Under the pieces are notes generated by a model. That model was not told the DNA's origin and did not search any database. It worked only from the letters and a program-made list of their open reading frames with translations. The position numbers and the translations under genes were made by a program. Shown here one piece after another: positions 12,302 to 24,300 of a DNA stretch of 64,000 nt (positions within the stretch are counted from its first letter, which is position 1; each line of letters opens with the position of its first letter). Origin of the DNA: Dendrobates tinctorius (taxonomy: Eukaryota); contig NW_027361806.1 of NCBI RefSeq assembly GCF_039654945.1, forward strand, positions 3,968,001-4,032,000. The letters run 5' to 3'.

Positions 12302-13474
12302 ATGAGTTCCCCGCTGATCCGTCTCAGTCACATCTCTTTCCAAGTCTCCAGACCCCAGAGGATCATCACCGACCTGGTGACCAAGTACAGATTTAAACTC
12401 TTTGCCGCTCGCGGTCTGGATGGAGTCGTTCCTTGTCAAGTAGCTTTAAGACATGGAAAAGTGGTGTTCATTGTCAGTGAGATGTCCGAGAGCTCTGCCC
12501 TGCTCTACGATTCTCCAGTTCCCTCGCCATCGCCGGACACAGCCTGCAACATCAGCTACGAGGTGGAAGATGTGCCAAGGTTGTGCCAACGACTGGTCAG
12601 CCAAGGCTGCAGCGTGTTAATGCCACCCACCCAGCTTCACAGCGACGCCGGCCCCGTGTCCTACTGTGTGGTCAAGTCCATACTGGGGGACATCAGACAT
12701 ACCCTCATTGACCGCACCCGGTATACAGCCGCTTTCCTTCCGGGCTTTCAGCCTCTCGACAAAGAAGACAACGCCGACGGTGCTCTGGCAAATGTGTCAC
12801 ACATAGATCATGTGACATACGCCTGTCCACGGGGGGCCACGCCGCAAGTGATCGAGTGGTACAGAAAGTGTTTTGGATTCCAACACTTTCCTCTCCAAGA
12901 AGGAGAAAACGAGAACCAGGGGTTTGAAATCAGCGGTCCCCAAATCGGACTCCGTCTGACCTCCATCGAATGCACGGGGCGGACGGAACTGGGTAAGATT
13001 GTGATGGCGGAATCTTTACCCCAACAAGGGGTCAATCAGATTGACCAGTTTCTCCGACATCATAAGGAAGGTGGGATCCAGCACGTCGGCCTCCTAACAC
13101 TCGACATCTTCCAAGCTGTGGCAGCGCTGATTGACAGTGGGGTCCTCTTTGCTGGGCAGCCGTCGGCCTATTATAATGACCCCCAGAAGAAGGCAGAGAT
13201 CCTCCGAGCAGGGTTCACCCCTCAGCGTCTCTCCCAGTTTGGGATTTTGCTGGATTCTTCCACTGAATTCCAAGATAAAGATCAGATCCAGAAAATCCTT
13301 TTACAGGTTTTTGCTGAACCCTTGTTTGCCAAGGACTCGTTCTACTTGGAGCTGATAGAGCGTAGGGGGGCGCAGGGGTTCGGGGAGGGGAATATTCGTG
13401 CACTGTGGCGCTCGATGCAAGATATGATGCATGACTTGGGACAAAATGCGCAGGAAGGGGAAATAACCCAATGA
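12302..13474 (+). CDS. HPDL: 4-hydroxyphenylpyruvate dioxygenase-like protein
   Basis: Uninterrupted 390-aa ORF with HPPD-family iron ligands (IDHVTY, GGIQHVGL, YLELIERRGAQGFGEGNIRALW). Kozak context CACCATG. AATAAA at ~13709 and ~13723. Adjacent to MUTYH as in other vertebrates. Confidence 0.95.
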   Translation: MSSPLIRLSHISFQVSRPQRIITDLVTKYRFKLFAARGLDGVVPCQVALRHGKVVFIVSEMSESSALLYDSPVPSPSPDTACNISYEVEDVPRLCQRLVSQGCSVLMPPTQLHSDAGPVSYCVVKSILGDIRHTLIDRTRYTAAFLPGFQPLDKEDNADGALANVSHIDHVTYACPRGATPQVIEWYRKCFGFQHFPLQEGENENQGFEISGPQIGLRLTSIECTGRTELGKIVMAESLPQQGVNQIDQFLRHHKEGGIQHVGLLTLDIFQAVAALIDSGVLFAGQPSAYYNDPQKKAEILRAGFTPQRLSQFGILLDSSTEFQDKDQIQKILLQVFAEPLFAKDSFYLELIERRGAQGFGEGNIRALWRSMQDMMHDLGQNAQEGEITQ

Positions 13475-13869
13475 TACTTGGCATGTACCCCGTATTCTAT
13501 CTCAGGACGTATGACAGCGCTGAAGCCGAAGGGTGAGGAGACGAGATGGATTTATATACCTCTGACTCCAACAGACGAAGGACCTGAGCTGGAGTCACTA
13601 ATCAGAGCCTTGTCCTAATGGAGCAGAGATAAAAAGCGGTCAACACCGGAGAACTACAAGTCACAGATTCACTTCTTTGTCTAATATTCCAGATCTGTGA
13701 TTAGCACTAATAAATGGTGTCTAATAAATATTATTTTATAAATGTTGCAGTTTCGGCAGCACAAATACTAAGATAAATGTTGCAGCTTCTTTTTTTTGAT
13801 AGGAATGAGTTTTCACAAAATGTCCATCTACACAAAGCAGGTTTTTATGTTAAATGTCTTAAAAAGAAA

Positions 13870-14340
13870 GTACATAGACTGATAACACCTATATTCACCA
13901 TAGGTAATGTCACAGCTCGCCTCCTCCTCCTGTACAATGACTAATACCACCACAGTATATCCACCATTCCCAATAGATGTCACAGCTCACCTCCCACTCC
14001 GGTAAAATGACAGATAACACAGCCATGTACAGTAGATAACACAACATTCACAATAGGCAATAACACAGCACACCTCCTCCTGTACAATGAATGATGATAT
14101 CTACTATATATAAAAGTGTAATCACTTATTGTACAGGAGAAGGTGTGCTACGATATCGTCTACAGTGAATGGTGAATCCTGTGTAATCTACTATATGTGT
14201 TATCAGTCACTGTGCTGGGGGAAGAGGTGAGCTGTGACATCACCTATTGTGATCACCTGTACAATGACCGATAACACAGAATCCACCATAGGTGATGTCA
14301 CAGCTCACCTCCTCCCCTTCCTGAACAATGAGAACACCTC
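13870..14340. repeat. Degenerate tandem and inverted repeat cluster
   Basis: Recurring GATGTCACAGCTCACCTCC...TGTACAATGA units, with an inverted block at ~14128-14250. Confidence 0.6.
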
Positions 14341-15303
14341 AATGTTAATTTTTTTTTTTTTTTAAACATGGTTTTATGAAAAATAAATATGATCGAAATT
14401 GGGCAGAAAAAAAAGTTATGATAAAAACATGACTTTTACCTAAATTGACTTTATCATCAGGCAGAAAATCAGGCAACGCAATATTACGGTATAAAAAGTT
14501 TTATTACTTATAAAATGTATAAAAAAAATGTTCTGTACACTGGGTCCCGATCACTGATTTAGAATAACAAATCTGTCATTTAATATAAAATACGCTGTAT
14601 GACATATAAAGCTGATACAACGCATCATTCGGCCTCTGAGGGGTTCGGGGTCCAGCCGTCGCCTGCTCCAATGTGCACAATAACGTCGGAAGATGTCAGC
14701 GCATCAGAACTATTGGAGGATTCATGTTTTTATCGTGGGACCAAGGGAGCTCATGTAGCTCATAACACAAATCTCCGTGCCCCTTCCCCTAATCGTGTAG
14801 CATCTATAAAACAAGAATGTCTGATTCTGCATTAGGAGAACACATCGGACAGTCGCCATGGTCCAGATTCTATAAAAATGCTTCATCACTGATCTGCAAT
14901 TTCACAATAGACCGTATAGCAGTTTTCAAGATCTCTGCTTTCTGTCAGTAAATGGTAATATTCTTAGCCTAGGTATCCTGTTCCTGTGGTAGCCCTCCTT
15001 CTCGCCAACATTTCTACAATTGTATCCAGAGTGCACAATACTCAGAAAGGTTAATAACCCAGATGTCGGGTGAATAACCTTTTCTCCCACTGACCTAGTG
15101 TAATAAACCAGGAGGTGAGTGACAGGTTCTCCCGTGTGAGCAGGACAAGGACAGGACTGATGTGCCGTCTCTTAATATAAAAGGATAAAAAGTCAATGGG
15201 TATTAGAAAAACGTGGTGGAAACCGGATATGGTCAGGATCATCTGACAGTAAATGGGGCAATAATCTATTAGAAAGTTGCAGACTTGTCACATCTGTCCA
15301 GGA

Positions 15304-18300
15304 TCATTTCTTCACAGCAGCTTTGAAGAAGCTCTGTATAGACCTCTGCTTGCTGTCCATCTTGGCTTTACCAGCGGGTAGCTGGATATCACTTATGTCC
15401 TTTTTCCGTTTTCTGGACTGAAAGATTAGGAATAAAGGTTCGTTAGCGAAAAACAAAGGCTGCAGTAACACAAGGCGGGCATCATGCACTCACCGGCTCC
15501 GCTCCGCCGCTCAGTAACCTGCGACTCTCGCAGAACTTCAGAATCTGGAAAGGCAGAAGTGACATAATCTTTAATTATGGACAAGGTAATACAAGCTATT
15601 GCTACATGTTATCAGCCATTTCAGAAGCTGAATGGGGGGGAAAAAAGTGAATTTATAATAGAGCAGCCGCAGCAGAATTCTGGCCCCAACTCGATAGGAC
15701 TGGCATCAATCTTGATAAAGGAAATGCTGGAGACAAATGTGTCAAATTCATTAAGAAGCACTTGCCTCTTCTATAAATTTGGTGCATCTTTAAACTGTTG
15801 TGCGATACTGCCAGAGATGCACATGTTACGGGGGCGCCTTGGCCGGGTTATGCCATCATTGGGGTCTGATCTCTGCCAAACCTGATAATGAATGGGCTGC
15901 AATACGGACTCATTGATAAGTCCCCCCCCTCAGCTTCTTCACAGCTCTCCGGGTGACTGGGGTGCTACTGTGCAGGGAGAAGCTGTCAAAAAGTATAGCA
16001 CTGAAGCAGCAGCGCGTCCCCTTCAATCTGAGGATCGGTGGGGTCCCCGAGCATTCGTTATGTGATGCCATAACCTAGTTATAAGCCATCATTTGCTATG
16101 ATGGAAATATCCCTTTAACTACATTACAGATCTTTACAAATTTCTTTACTGTTTTTTGCAGTTGTAATTATTTTTTTTCTTCATTTACATATCTGGCAAC
16201 TGTGAGGTAGCGCTGTCATTTAAGGCCTCTTTCACACTTCCGTTTTTGACAATCAGTCAAGATCCGCCAATTTTGAAAAAAAACAGTTCCGCCATTTTTG
16301 TTTGCGGATCCGTTTTTTCCCCCATTGACTTTCATTATTGGCGGATCCTGACTGATTGCCGTCCGTTGCATCCGTTTTTGTGAGGATCCGCCACAATGTT
16401 GCTGTCCGTCAACATCCTCAAAGATTTCCAAACGGAGCTTGCAACGTTTTTTTGGCCGGCGGATCCTCCAGACACTGAATTAACCCCAAATTCTGTCTGG
16501 GTGCCGGACAAAAAATATTCATATTCTCTCTCTCATTCTCTCTCTCTCTCTCTTTCCTTTAAATTTCCTCATTTTCAGGATCCGTCTAAAAACGGATCCT
16601 GTGCCATCCGTTCACATCAGTTGAGAACGGATCCGCTTGTCAGCCTTTTTGGCGGATTTTAACTGATGCAAATAACTGAAGTGTGAAAGAGGCCTAAGTA
16701 GGGGATCACTCGCTTGGTAGCCACAGAATCAGATCCGGCACAGGTTTTCCATAAACCAGTATAGTCCCTTCGGTTTAGTTATCATCATAAACCATCACAG
16801 CAACAGAAAGTTCACTTAACAGCATATAATCAGCATAGCGTCCATTACAGAGTTTCCCTCTGTTAGCAATGTCCTATAGTCATATAAGCTATGCGCAGGG
16901 CTGTGGAGTCGGAGTCGTGGAGTCGGAGCTCATTTTGGTGGAGTCGGAGTCGGAGTTGGAGTCGGTATAAAATGGACCGACTCCGACTCCTAAAATATAT
17001 AATAAATTGGGTACAGTAATTCAATGCAGGATGTGCTGAATATTTTTTCATAGGAGTTTGGGAAAGTTATGAAATGTCCTATAAATGGCCGTTATATTCC
17101 TGATCTAAGGCTACATTCACACACAGCGTTTTTCCTGTGTTTTTTGAGGATACATTTTTCAGCTGCAAAAGCTGATCATCTTTTTAAAAAACTGCATCAC
17201 CTGAAAGGTTTTTGAGCTCATAGATAATGTTTTCAAGAGCAAAAGCAGATTAGAAATCTGCTCTATCCATTTATCCATATCTGTCTATCCATATCGTATC
17301 TGTACCAAAAAGAATGAAAACCGGGTAGTACACCAATATATATTCTGTTCTATCTAAATATCTTGATTATTGGATCATAAAAATGATTAAATGTCTGAGG
17401 TTCACATTGTACTACAATAAATTTTTCACTTAAATATAAGCAATATGTGTGGGAGTCGGAGTCGGAGTTGGTGTAAGGGAAATTGAGGAGTCGGTGTCGC
17501 AGGTTTGGCTTACCGACTCCACAGCCCTGCTATGCAGTGTACAATGTGAAGGCTTCCTAGCCCTAAGTTATCTCACCCACGTCCGGGTAACCTCACGGTT
17601 CCTTTATCATGCAGCAGACATTCATTCCCTCCAGGGAACTAACAGGTGCTGGCAGCCATTACACACAGCCACTCCACACGTTGTTAGCCAGGAATCCCCA
17701 TCTCAGCGGGACCTTCCACACTGGACCAACCGGGTCCCAGCATTCACCCCCATGTGACCTACCCTGGCCACATTATATGGTCCATAGCCACGCCCACCGG
17801 GTCACATGACTATGACCTCACCACAGGTCCTGCACACACACATATACACTTTACAATAGCGTTAATAAACACCCCCCCCGGTGGGTTTGTAGGTAACTAG
17901 TTCCTGACACATTGAACCAGCACCTCAGCAGTATCACTGCTGATTAATACACACAAATCTCCATCTCAAGGCCACCCACCTTGAGATACATAACGGTCAT
18001 TCAGTATCTTGCCATTCATCCACTCTTCTAGGACATCCATACAGCGCCCCCTAGTGGACACAGTGGTCACTACACCACACTACTTTGAAAGTCCTGCTGT
18101 TTTATTTTCACCTCTGTCAGTGTTGCAGTCTTAGGGCTTGGCTCAGTGCAGGGGCTATGTGACCCCCAGATCTACTCTCAGATAACAGAAGACCACAATA
18201 CAAAGCTGAACTAGATATGAACGGAGAAGAACCGTGAGTTAATGGCAGAACATTCCAGACATTTACCTTTTTCATGGCGGTAGGGACAGCGGACTCCATA

Positions 18301-21300
18301 AATTGTGTCCTGGTGACCCAACGCATTGCTGAATGCTCCGCATCCTCCCCCTTTGCAGAAACGCAGTGTAGGAAGTAGACGAGGTACGTCTGGTTTATAT
18401 GGGAGAAGATGTGGATGACCTGCCGGGAGAAGAAGCCATGACTGGCTATTACAGTCCTCTGCTGATCATGTAATACTAAACAATATATACACACACATCT
18501 ATAATATATCACTCTACAAACATAATGGGCTGCTGGCAGATGAAAACTTTGATTTAAAAAACCCCATTTCCAATAGTAATTTTTCTGCATTGCTTCCAAG
18601 CAGCAGCCTTATGGTTAATGGACTTCTTACCTCCCCAACAAACTGTAGATCCTTTATGGAAATGTCACAGCCGCTCAGCTCCTGGAGGCGGCCACACAGA
18701 ATGTCCTTCCGTTCCTTCTCAGTGCGCGTCTTCTCTGACAGCATGCTGGGGAACTCCCACATCCCAGCCAGGAGCCCTGCGCAGGATACGGCGGTCAGTA
18801 CAAGCGCTGATAGACTGTTTAAGCATAGCGTCACACTAGATCACCTTTCTGGGGTCTCTGAACCAGTAAATATTCCGAGACCCCCAGTTCTCCGGGTCGC
18901 TCCCACACACACGTGACAGTTTGCTCTTCTCTTGATGGTTTCTTTGCAGATTTGCGGGGGTAGTTGGCCACTCCGAGGCTACGGTCCCACTGATCACTGG
19001 GCTGGATACAGAGAGGACAGGAGGGGACTGCTGCAGAGGAACAGATCTGTTACAATGAGTCAGCCACAGATCACAGATATATAGACCATTAATTATCATA
19101 TGAGTCGGTGACTCGATCCTGTGGCTCTACAGCGATTGCAATACTACAACTCCCAGTTTCCTGGTTTTGCAGCAGCTGAAGAGCCACAGGTTGGAGACCA
19201 CTGTAAAAGGTACAGGCAATTACCCAACAGCTAAAGCACAGGACCGTGCCCTGCCTCGTGGATACAGGCACTCCTATGGGGGCAGTTTTTTGGGAAACTG
19301 CATAAAGAAAAAAAAAATCCCACCTTACTCCGTCAGAGGTCACATGCAGGATCATTACATAAGGCAAAGTAATAAAAGGACCAGTCATTTCTCCCCACTC
19401 ACCACATTCCTCGATGTCAGAGATGAGACGGATTTGAGTGTTCGCTTTTCTGTTCACAAGATTATTGAGGGAGGATGCAGAATCCAGGTCCACCTACAAC
19501 ACATAATGCTGGAGATTAATGGCATCGTATGCCATAAAATGTCCAGTTTCACAAACTGCAATACACTGGCGCTATCCACTCAGGGAGGAAAAGATTGCTC
19601 AGATGCTGCTGGTGAAGAACAGGTGCGGTGTCTGACCCTGCTAAGAAGTAGAGCTCGAAAAATAAAGTAGGGTGATCACCGCGCTATACTGAGAAGAAAT
19701 GTGTGCTTGGTAATATTAGATGCACTCACTTTTGTGGTAGAGGGTGTTGAAATCTATCCATAGATCCATAGGTAGATGTATTCAGTAGTAGATGCTAATG
19801 AGGTAATAGTGATAGTTAATAATACCCCATATCAGAACAGATAGAATAACATGGAGCTGACTTTTCGTATTTGCTTGTTTACTTACTAGAATCAACAAAT
19901 GAGGAGTACCGGAGCTTGTCCGCTAGTCGCTAATAACACATGTAGTAGACTATAAGCCAACTAAGGTTTTTGGAACACTTTCCTGCAAGCGCAGAGACCA
20001 AAGTGATGTAAAAAAAAAGTTTTGGTATGAAAAAAATAAAGTTTGGGATACAATGTAATATCAAATATAGGTGGCACTTACTGGGTTAAACGTACTGCCT
20101 GTAGTTGAGACATAGGAACCTTGGTCCAACAAGTGACTGTAAGTAGCCTGGAGAGGATTTATATGTGAGTATCACTGTAGTTGGTACAATTGACCAGTTA
20201 GTGACTGTAGTCTGCCGGGTACTTACTTATTAATAATAGTATTGGTGGTGCAGCGTATTGCTGATGAAAGCGTGCAGCTGAGTGCGGTCACTATGGGTGT
20301 GAGAAGTGATTACCGTCAGGAGGCTAAACGAACGCTTGTAGAAGTCTTGTATCTATGGTGCACTTACTTGTGTTTTTTCATTGGTGGTGCAGCAGCTGTC
20401 TGGTGTGAGCAGATGCCTATCGCTGGGGGCAGGTGCTGGCTCTGCTAGAATCGTTTCCCCAGCGGGGAAAGAGAGAGGAGGAGGACGCCTGCACCTTGCG
20501 TGCCTCGGCCGGAAGCAGACGCTGAGGACGCGGCTAGCGTGACGCCACTGTAGAGAAAGGAGGGGTGCGCGAATGGACACAATCCGACGCGTTTCGAGGG
20601 GTTGTCTCCCCTCTTCGTCAGGGCTATGTCCACTGCTGATACTACCGTCCTTATATACTAGCCTGCCTGCAGAGTGTAGCACCTGGATCCAAGCCAGGGT
20701 AATGTACTGGCCAATCATGAGGCTTCTGTCCTAGGATTCCTAATTGCGTGTTATGATGGTACTGACCCTAATAAAGTGCTTGGTGAGCTGATTGGTTGCA
20801 ATCTTATATGAATGTAGTAGTCTGAATCAAAAGATCATAGATTCTGATTTAATAAAATCTCCATGATTGTCTCTTTGATTGGACCAGATATCCTACCCAG
20901 GTCATATGTGCAAAGAAAAATGTAGGGCTACTAAAGCGAATCTTTTGAGTGTGGTTAAAAATGGAATTAAAATATAACTTTTATTAGGAAATATATAAAA
21001 AAAAACAACTATAGCTAAAAATACAGTGTGAGTGAGGATTGGATCAGCCTTGAAGGTGTCTAGGTGATGGGAACAACTATAAAAGTTAAATATAATGAAA
21101 ATTTAAAAAAATTTTGTTTAAAAATTTTCTATAAAAATGAATAAATATATGAATAATAAGATAAATGAATGAGAATTTTTTTTTGTTTGTTATAAAAAAT
21201 TTTTTGTACGAAAACAATAAAAGCATATATCAAATGCGCCTGTCTCGTAGAAACTTTTAGTATAATAAATTATATTGCTATTGTTAAATGGTGGACGATT

Positions 21301-24300
21301 ATAATACGCTAGCATACGTATAGAGACTGCCTATCTACCTCTTATATTTGGAAAATACTGCAAATACCGTTGTATATAGAGAAATATATACTAAAAATTA
21401 TTTTTTTTTTGAAAAATGTTAGAAATGGGTGAGATTTGGACTAAAAACAGTGAATTAAAAAGCATATAATTCAATTTCGGGGCTAAACTGTCAAGGGTAA
21501 ATATCCACTTGATTCCACCCTTGACATGGCTTTGAGGTAGTCCCCTCCCCTAGGGTTCTGTCAGACGACCTGAATACCAAGAAAAAGGACTCCGTTACAT
21601 GATTTGTTGTGCTTTTCTAGGAGGTGTTTTGATAGTGGATGCCCTTTGAGAGACCGAGTCAAGGAACACCTTGATAATATGAGCAAAGGGTTCAAACACC
21701 TTTTTGTGCGACCGACAGAAATCATGTCACAAGGGCATTTTAAAATGTAGATAACTCCTATTGTGTCGCACGTAATGTTGTATTTAATGGGATATTCATT
21801 GCTTTTCATACTGTCCATAAAATTTGTGTAGAGTTTCTTTTGGATACGCGTTCGTCTACAACATGGGCAAATTCCGCATGGTAAGAAGCCTAGTGATGGT
21901 GTTTTCAAATGTATTTGCTTCTTGGTAATGGCAGTGCCCGGGTTAATTGTTTTGGTTGTTGGGGCCAGTAGAAGACCCAGGTTTTGGGCTTTGGTATAGA
22001 TAAACGTAGGTTTTTTGGGGAGCAGGTTCCCAATGCACTTATCACTCTGTAGATAATATTAGCAAAGGGTTCAAAGGGCATCCACTATCAAAACACTTCC
22101 TAGAAAAGCACATCAAATCATGTAACAGAGTCCTTGGTATTCAGGTGGTCCGCCAGAACCCTAGGGGAAGGGACTACCTCAAAGCCATGTCAAGGGTGGA
22201 ATCCAAGTGGATATTCAACCTTGACAGTTTAGCCCCGAAATTGAATTATATGCATTTTAATTCACTTTTTAGTTCAAATCCCTTCTTTTTCTAACATTTT
22301 TCAAAAATTTTTTTTTAGTATATATTTCTCTATATACAACGGTTTTTGCAGTATTTTCCAAATATAAGAGGTAGATAGGCAGTCTCTATACGTATGCTAG
22401 CGTATTATAATCGTCCACCATTTAACAATAGCAATATCATTTATTATACTAAAAGTTTCTACGAGACAGGTGCGTTTTTTAGGCATTTGATATATGCTTT
22501 TACAGTGATGTCACACTAGCCCGGCCTCCTATTCCCGCCGCGTCCTCAGCGTCTGCTTCCGGCCGGGGCACGCGAGGTGCAGGCGTCCTCCTCCTCTCTC
22601 TTTCCCCGCTGGGGAAACGATTCTAGCAGAGCCAGCACCTGCCCCCAGCGATAGGCATCTGCTCACACCAGACAGCTGCTGCACCACCAATGAAAAGACA
22701 CAAGTAAGTGCACCATAGATACAAGACTTCTACAAGCGTTCGTTTAGTCTCCTGACGGTAATCACTTCTCACACCCATAGTGACCGCACTCAGCTGCACG
22801 CTTTCATCAGCAATACGCTGCACCACCAATACTATTATTAATAAGTAAGTACCCGGCAGACTACAGTCACTAACTGGTCAATTGTACCAACTACAGTGAT
22901 ACTCACATATAAATCCTCTCCAGGCTACTTACAGTCACTTGTTGGACCAAGGTTCCTACGTCTCATCTACAGGCAGTACGTTTAACCCAGTAAGTGCCAC
23001 CTATATTTGATATTACATTGTATCCCAAACTTTATTTTTTTCATACCAAAACTTTTTTTTACATCACTTTGGTCTCTGCACTTGCAGGAAAGTGTTCCAA
23101 AAACCTTAGTTGGCTTATAGTCTACTACATGTGTTATTAGCGACTCTAGCGGACAAGCTCCGGTACTCCTCAATTGTTGATTCTAGTAAGTAAACAAGCA
23201 AATACGAAAAGTCAGCTCCATGTTATTCTATCTATTCTGATATGGGGTATTATTAACTATCACTGTTACCTCATTAGCATCTACTACTGAATACACCATC
23301 TACCTATGGATCTATGGATAGATTTCAACACCCTCTACCACAAAAGTGAGTACATCTAATATTACCAAGCACACACTTCTTCTCAGTATGGCGCGGTGAT
23401 CACCCTACTTTATTTTTCAGTTTCATAAACTGTTCAAGACACTGTGGCCGCAAGAGTCTCGTCTCTCTGGTAGACCCGGCATAATGCTCCATTACACACA
23501 GCCCATTGATTTTTGGAAATTGTGTAATGTCGCAATAGCCCTGTGGGGGCACTGCAAAAAAACTGAACACTTAACCAAGTTCTCTACAGATTACCGCAGA
23601 TCATTTGGTGTCACATTAGCAGGATACCCTGTGATTTGCTTATTGCAAGAGACCATTCTAACAAAAAATTGATTGCCGGGGGCAGAGCGCCCCTTCAGTA
23701 GCGTTCTTGAACCCAGGATGTACAAGTGATGCAGGCACAGTGACTGAAGACCTGGGAAGACGATCCATCTCACCTTCTTGTACGCCCCGCATAGGCTTTG
23801 TAGTGGACATTCACTGCACAAAGCTTTTTTGGGTGTGCAGACCATCGCTCCCAGCTCCATCATCGCCTGGTTAAAATCTCCCGGACGATCAGTGTCAACG
23901 AGACCATTTGCCAAATTCCTTAGGAATATAAAAGATTGATAATTGTTATTCTCCATCTATATTATTGGCTCCAGTCAAAGAAAACTTCTGCAGCTTTCTA
24001 AAAGACTTTGGATTCCAGCCTCTAAATGTGATCCAAGGATATTCTGTCTACTGACAGCAATCAGAGGTCTTGAAAATAAATGATGATGTTGGAATATTAG
24101 AAAGTCGCAGAAGTTTGTTTACCCCTGTTTTTTAAATCAGATGATTTTTATTTAAAAATTGTCAGCATGAAACTTTGACAATACATTTAACTTTAGTAAT
24201 ATAAACCATGTTCAACCTGACAGGCGATATAACTGTACTTGCATCCTAAATCCTCTACCCTCCCCCCATCCACCCTAACCCCATCCCTTTAAATCATTGC

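Noticed and set aside
17545-18074. Possible solo LTR (TG...CA)
   Set aside because: No matching TSD, PBS or PPT, and no second copy in the window.
20242-22829. Duplicated 68-aa ORF on opposite strands
   Set aside because: Consequence of the inverted Penelope arms. TTG start and no domain.
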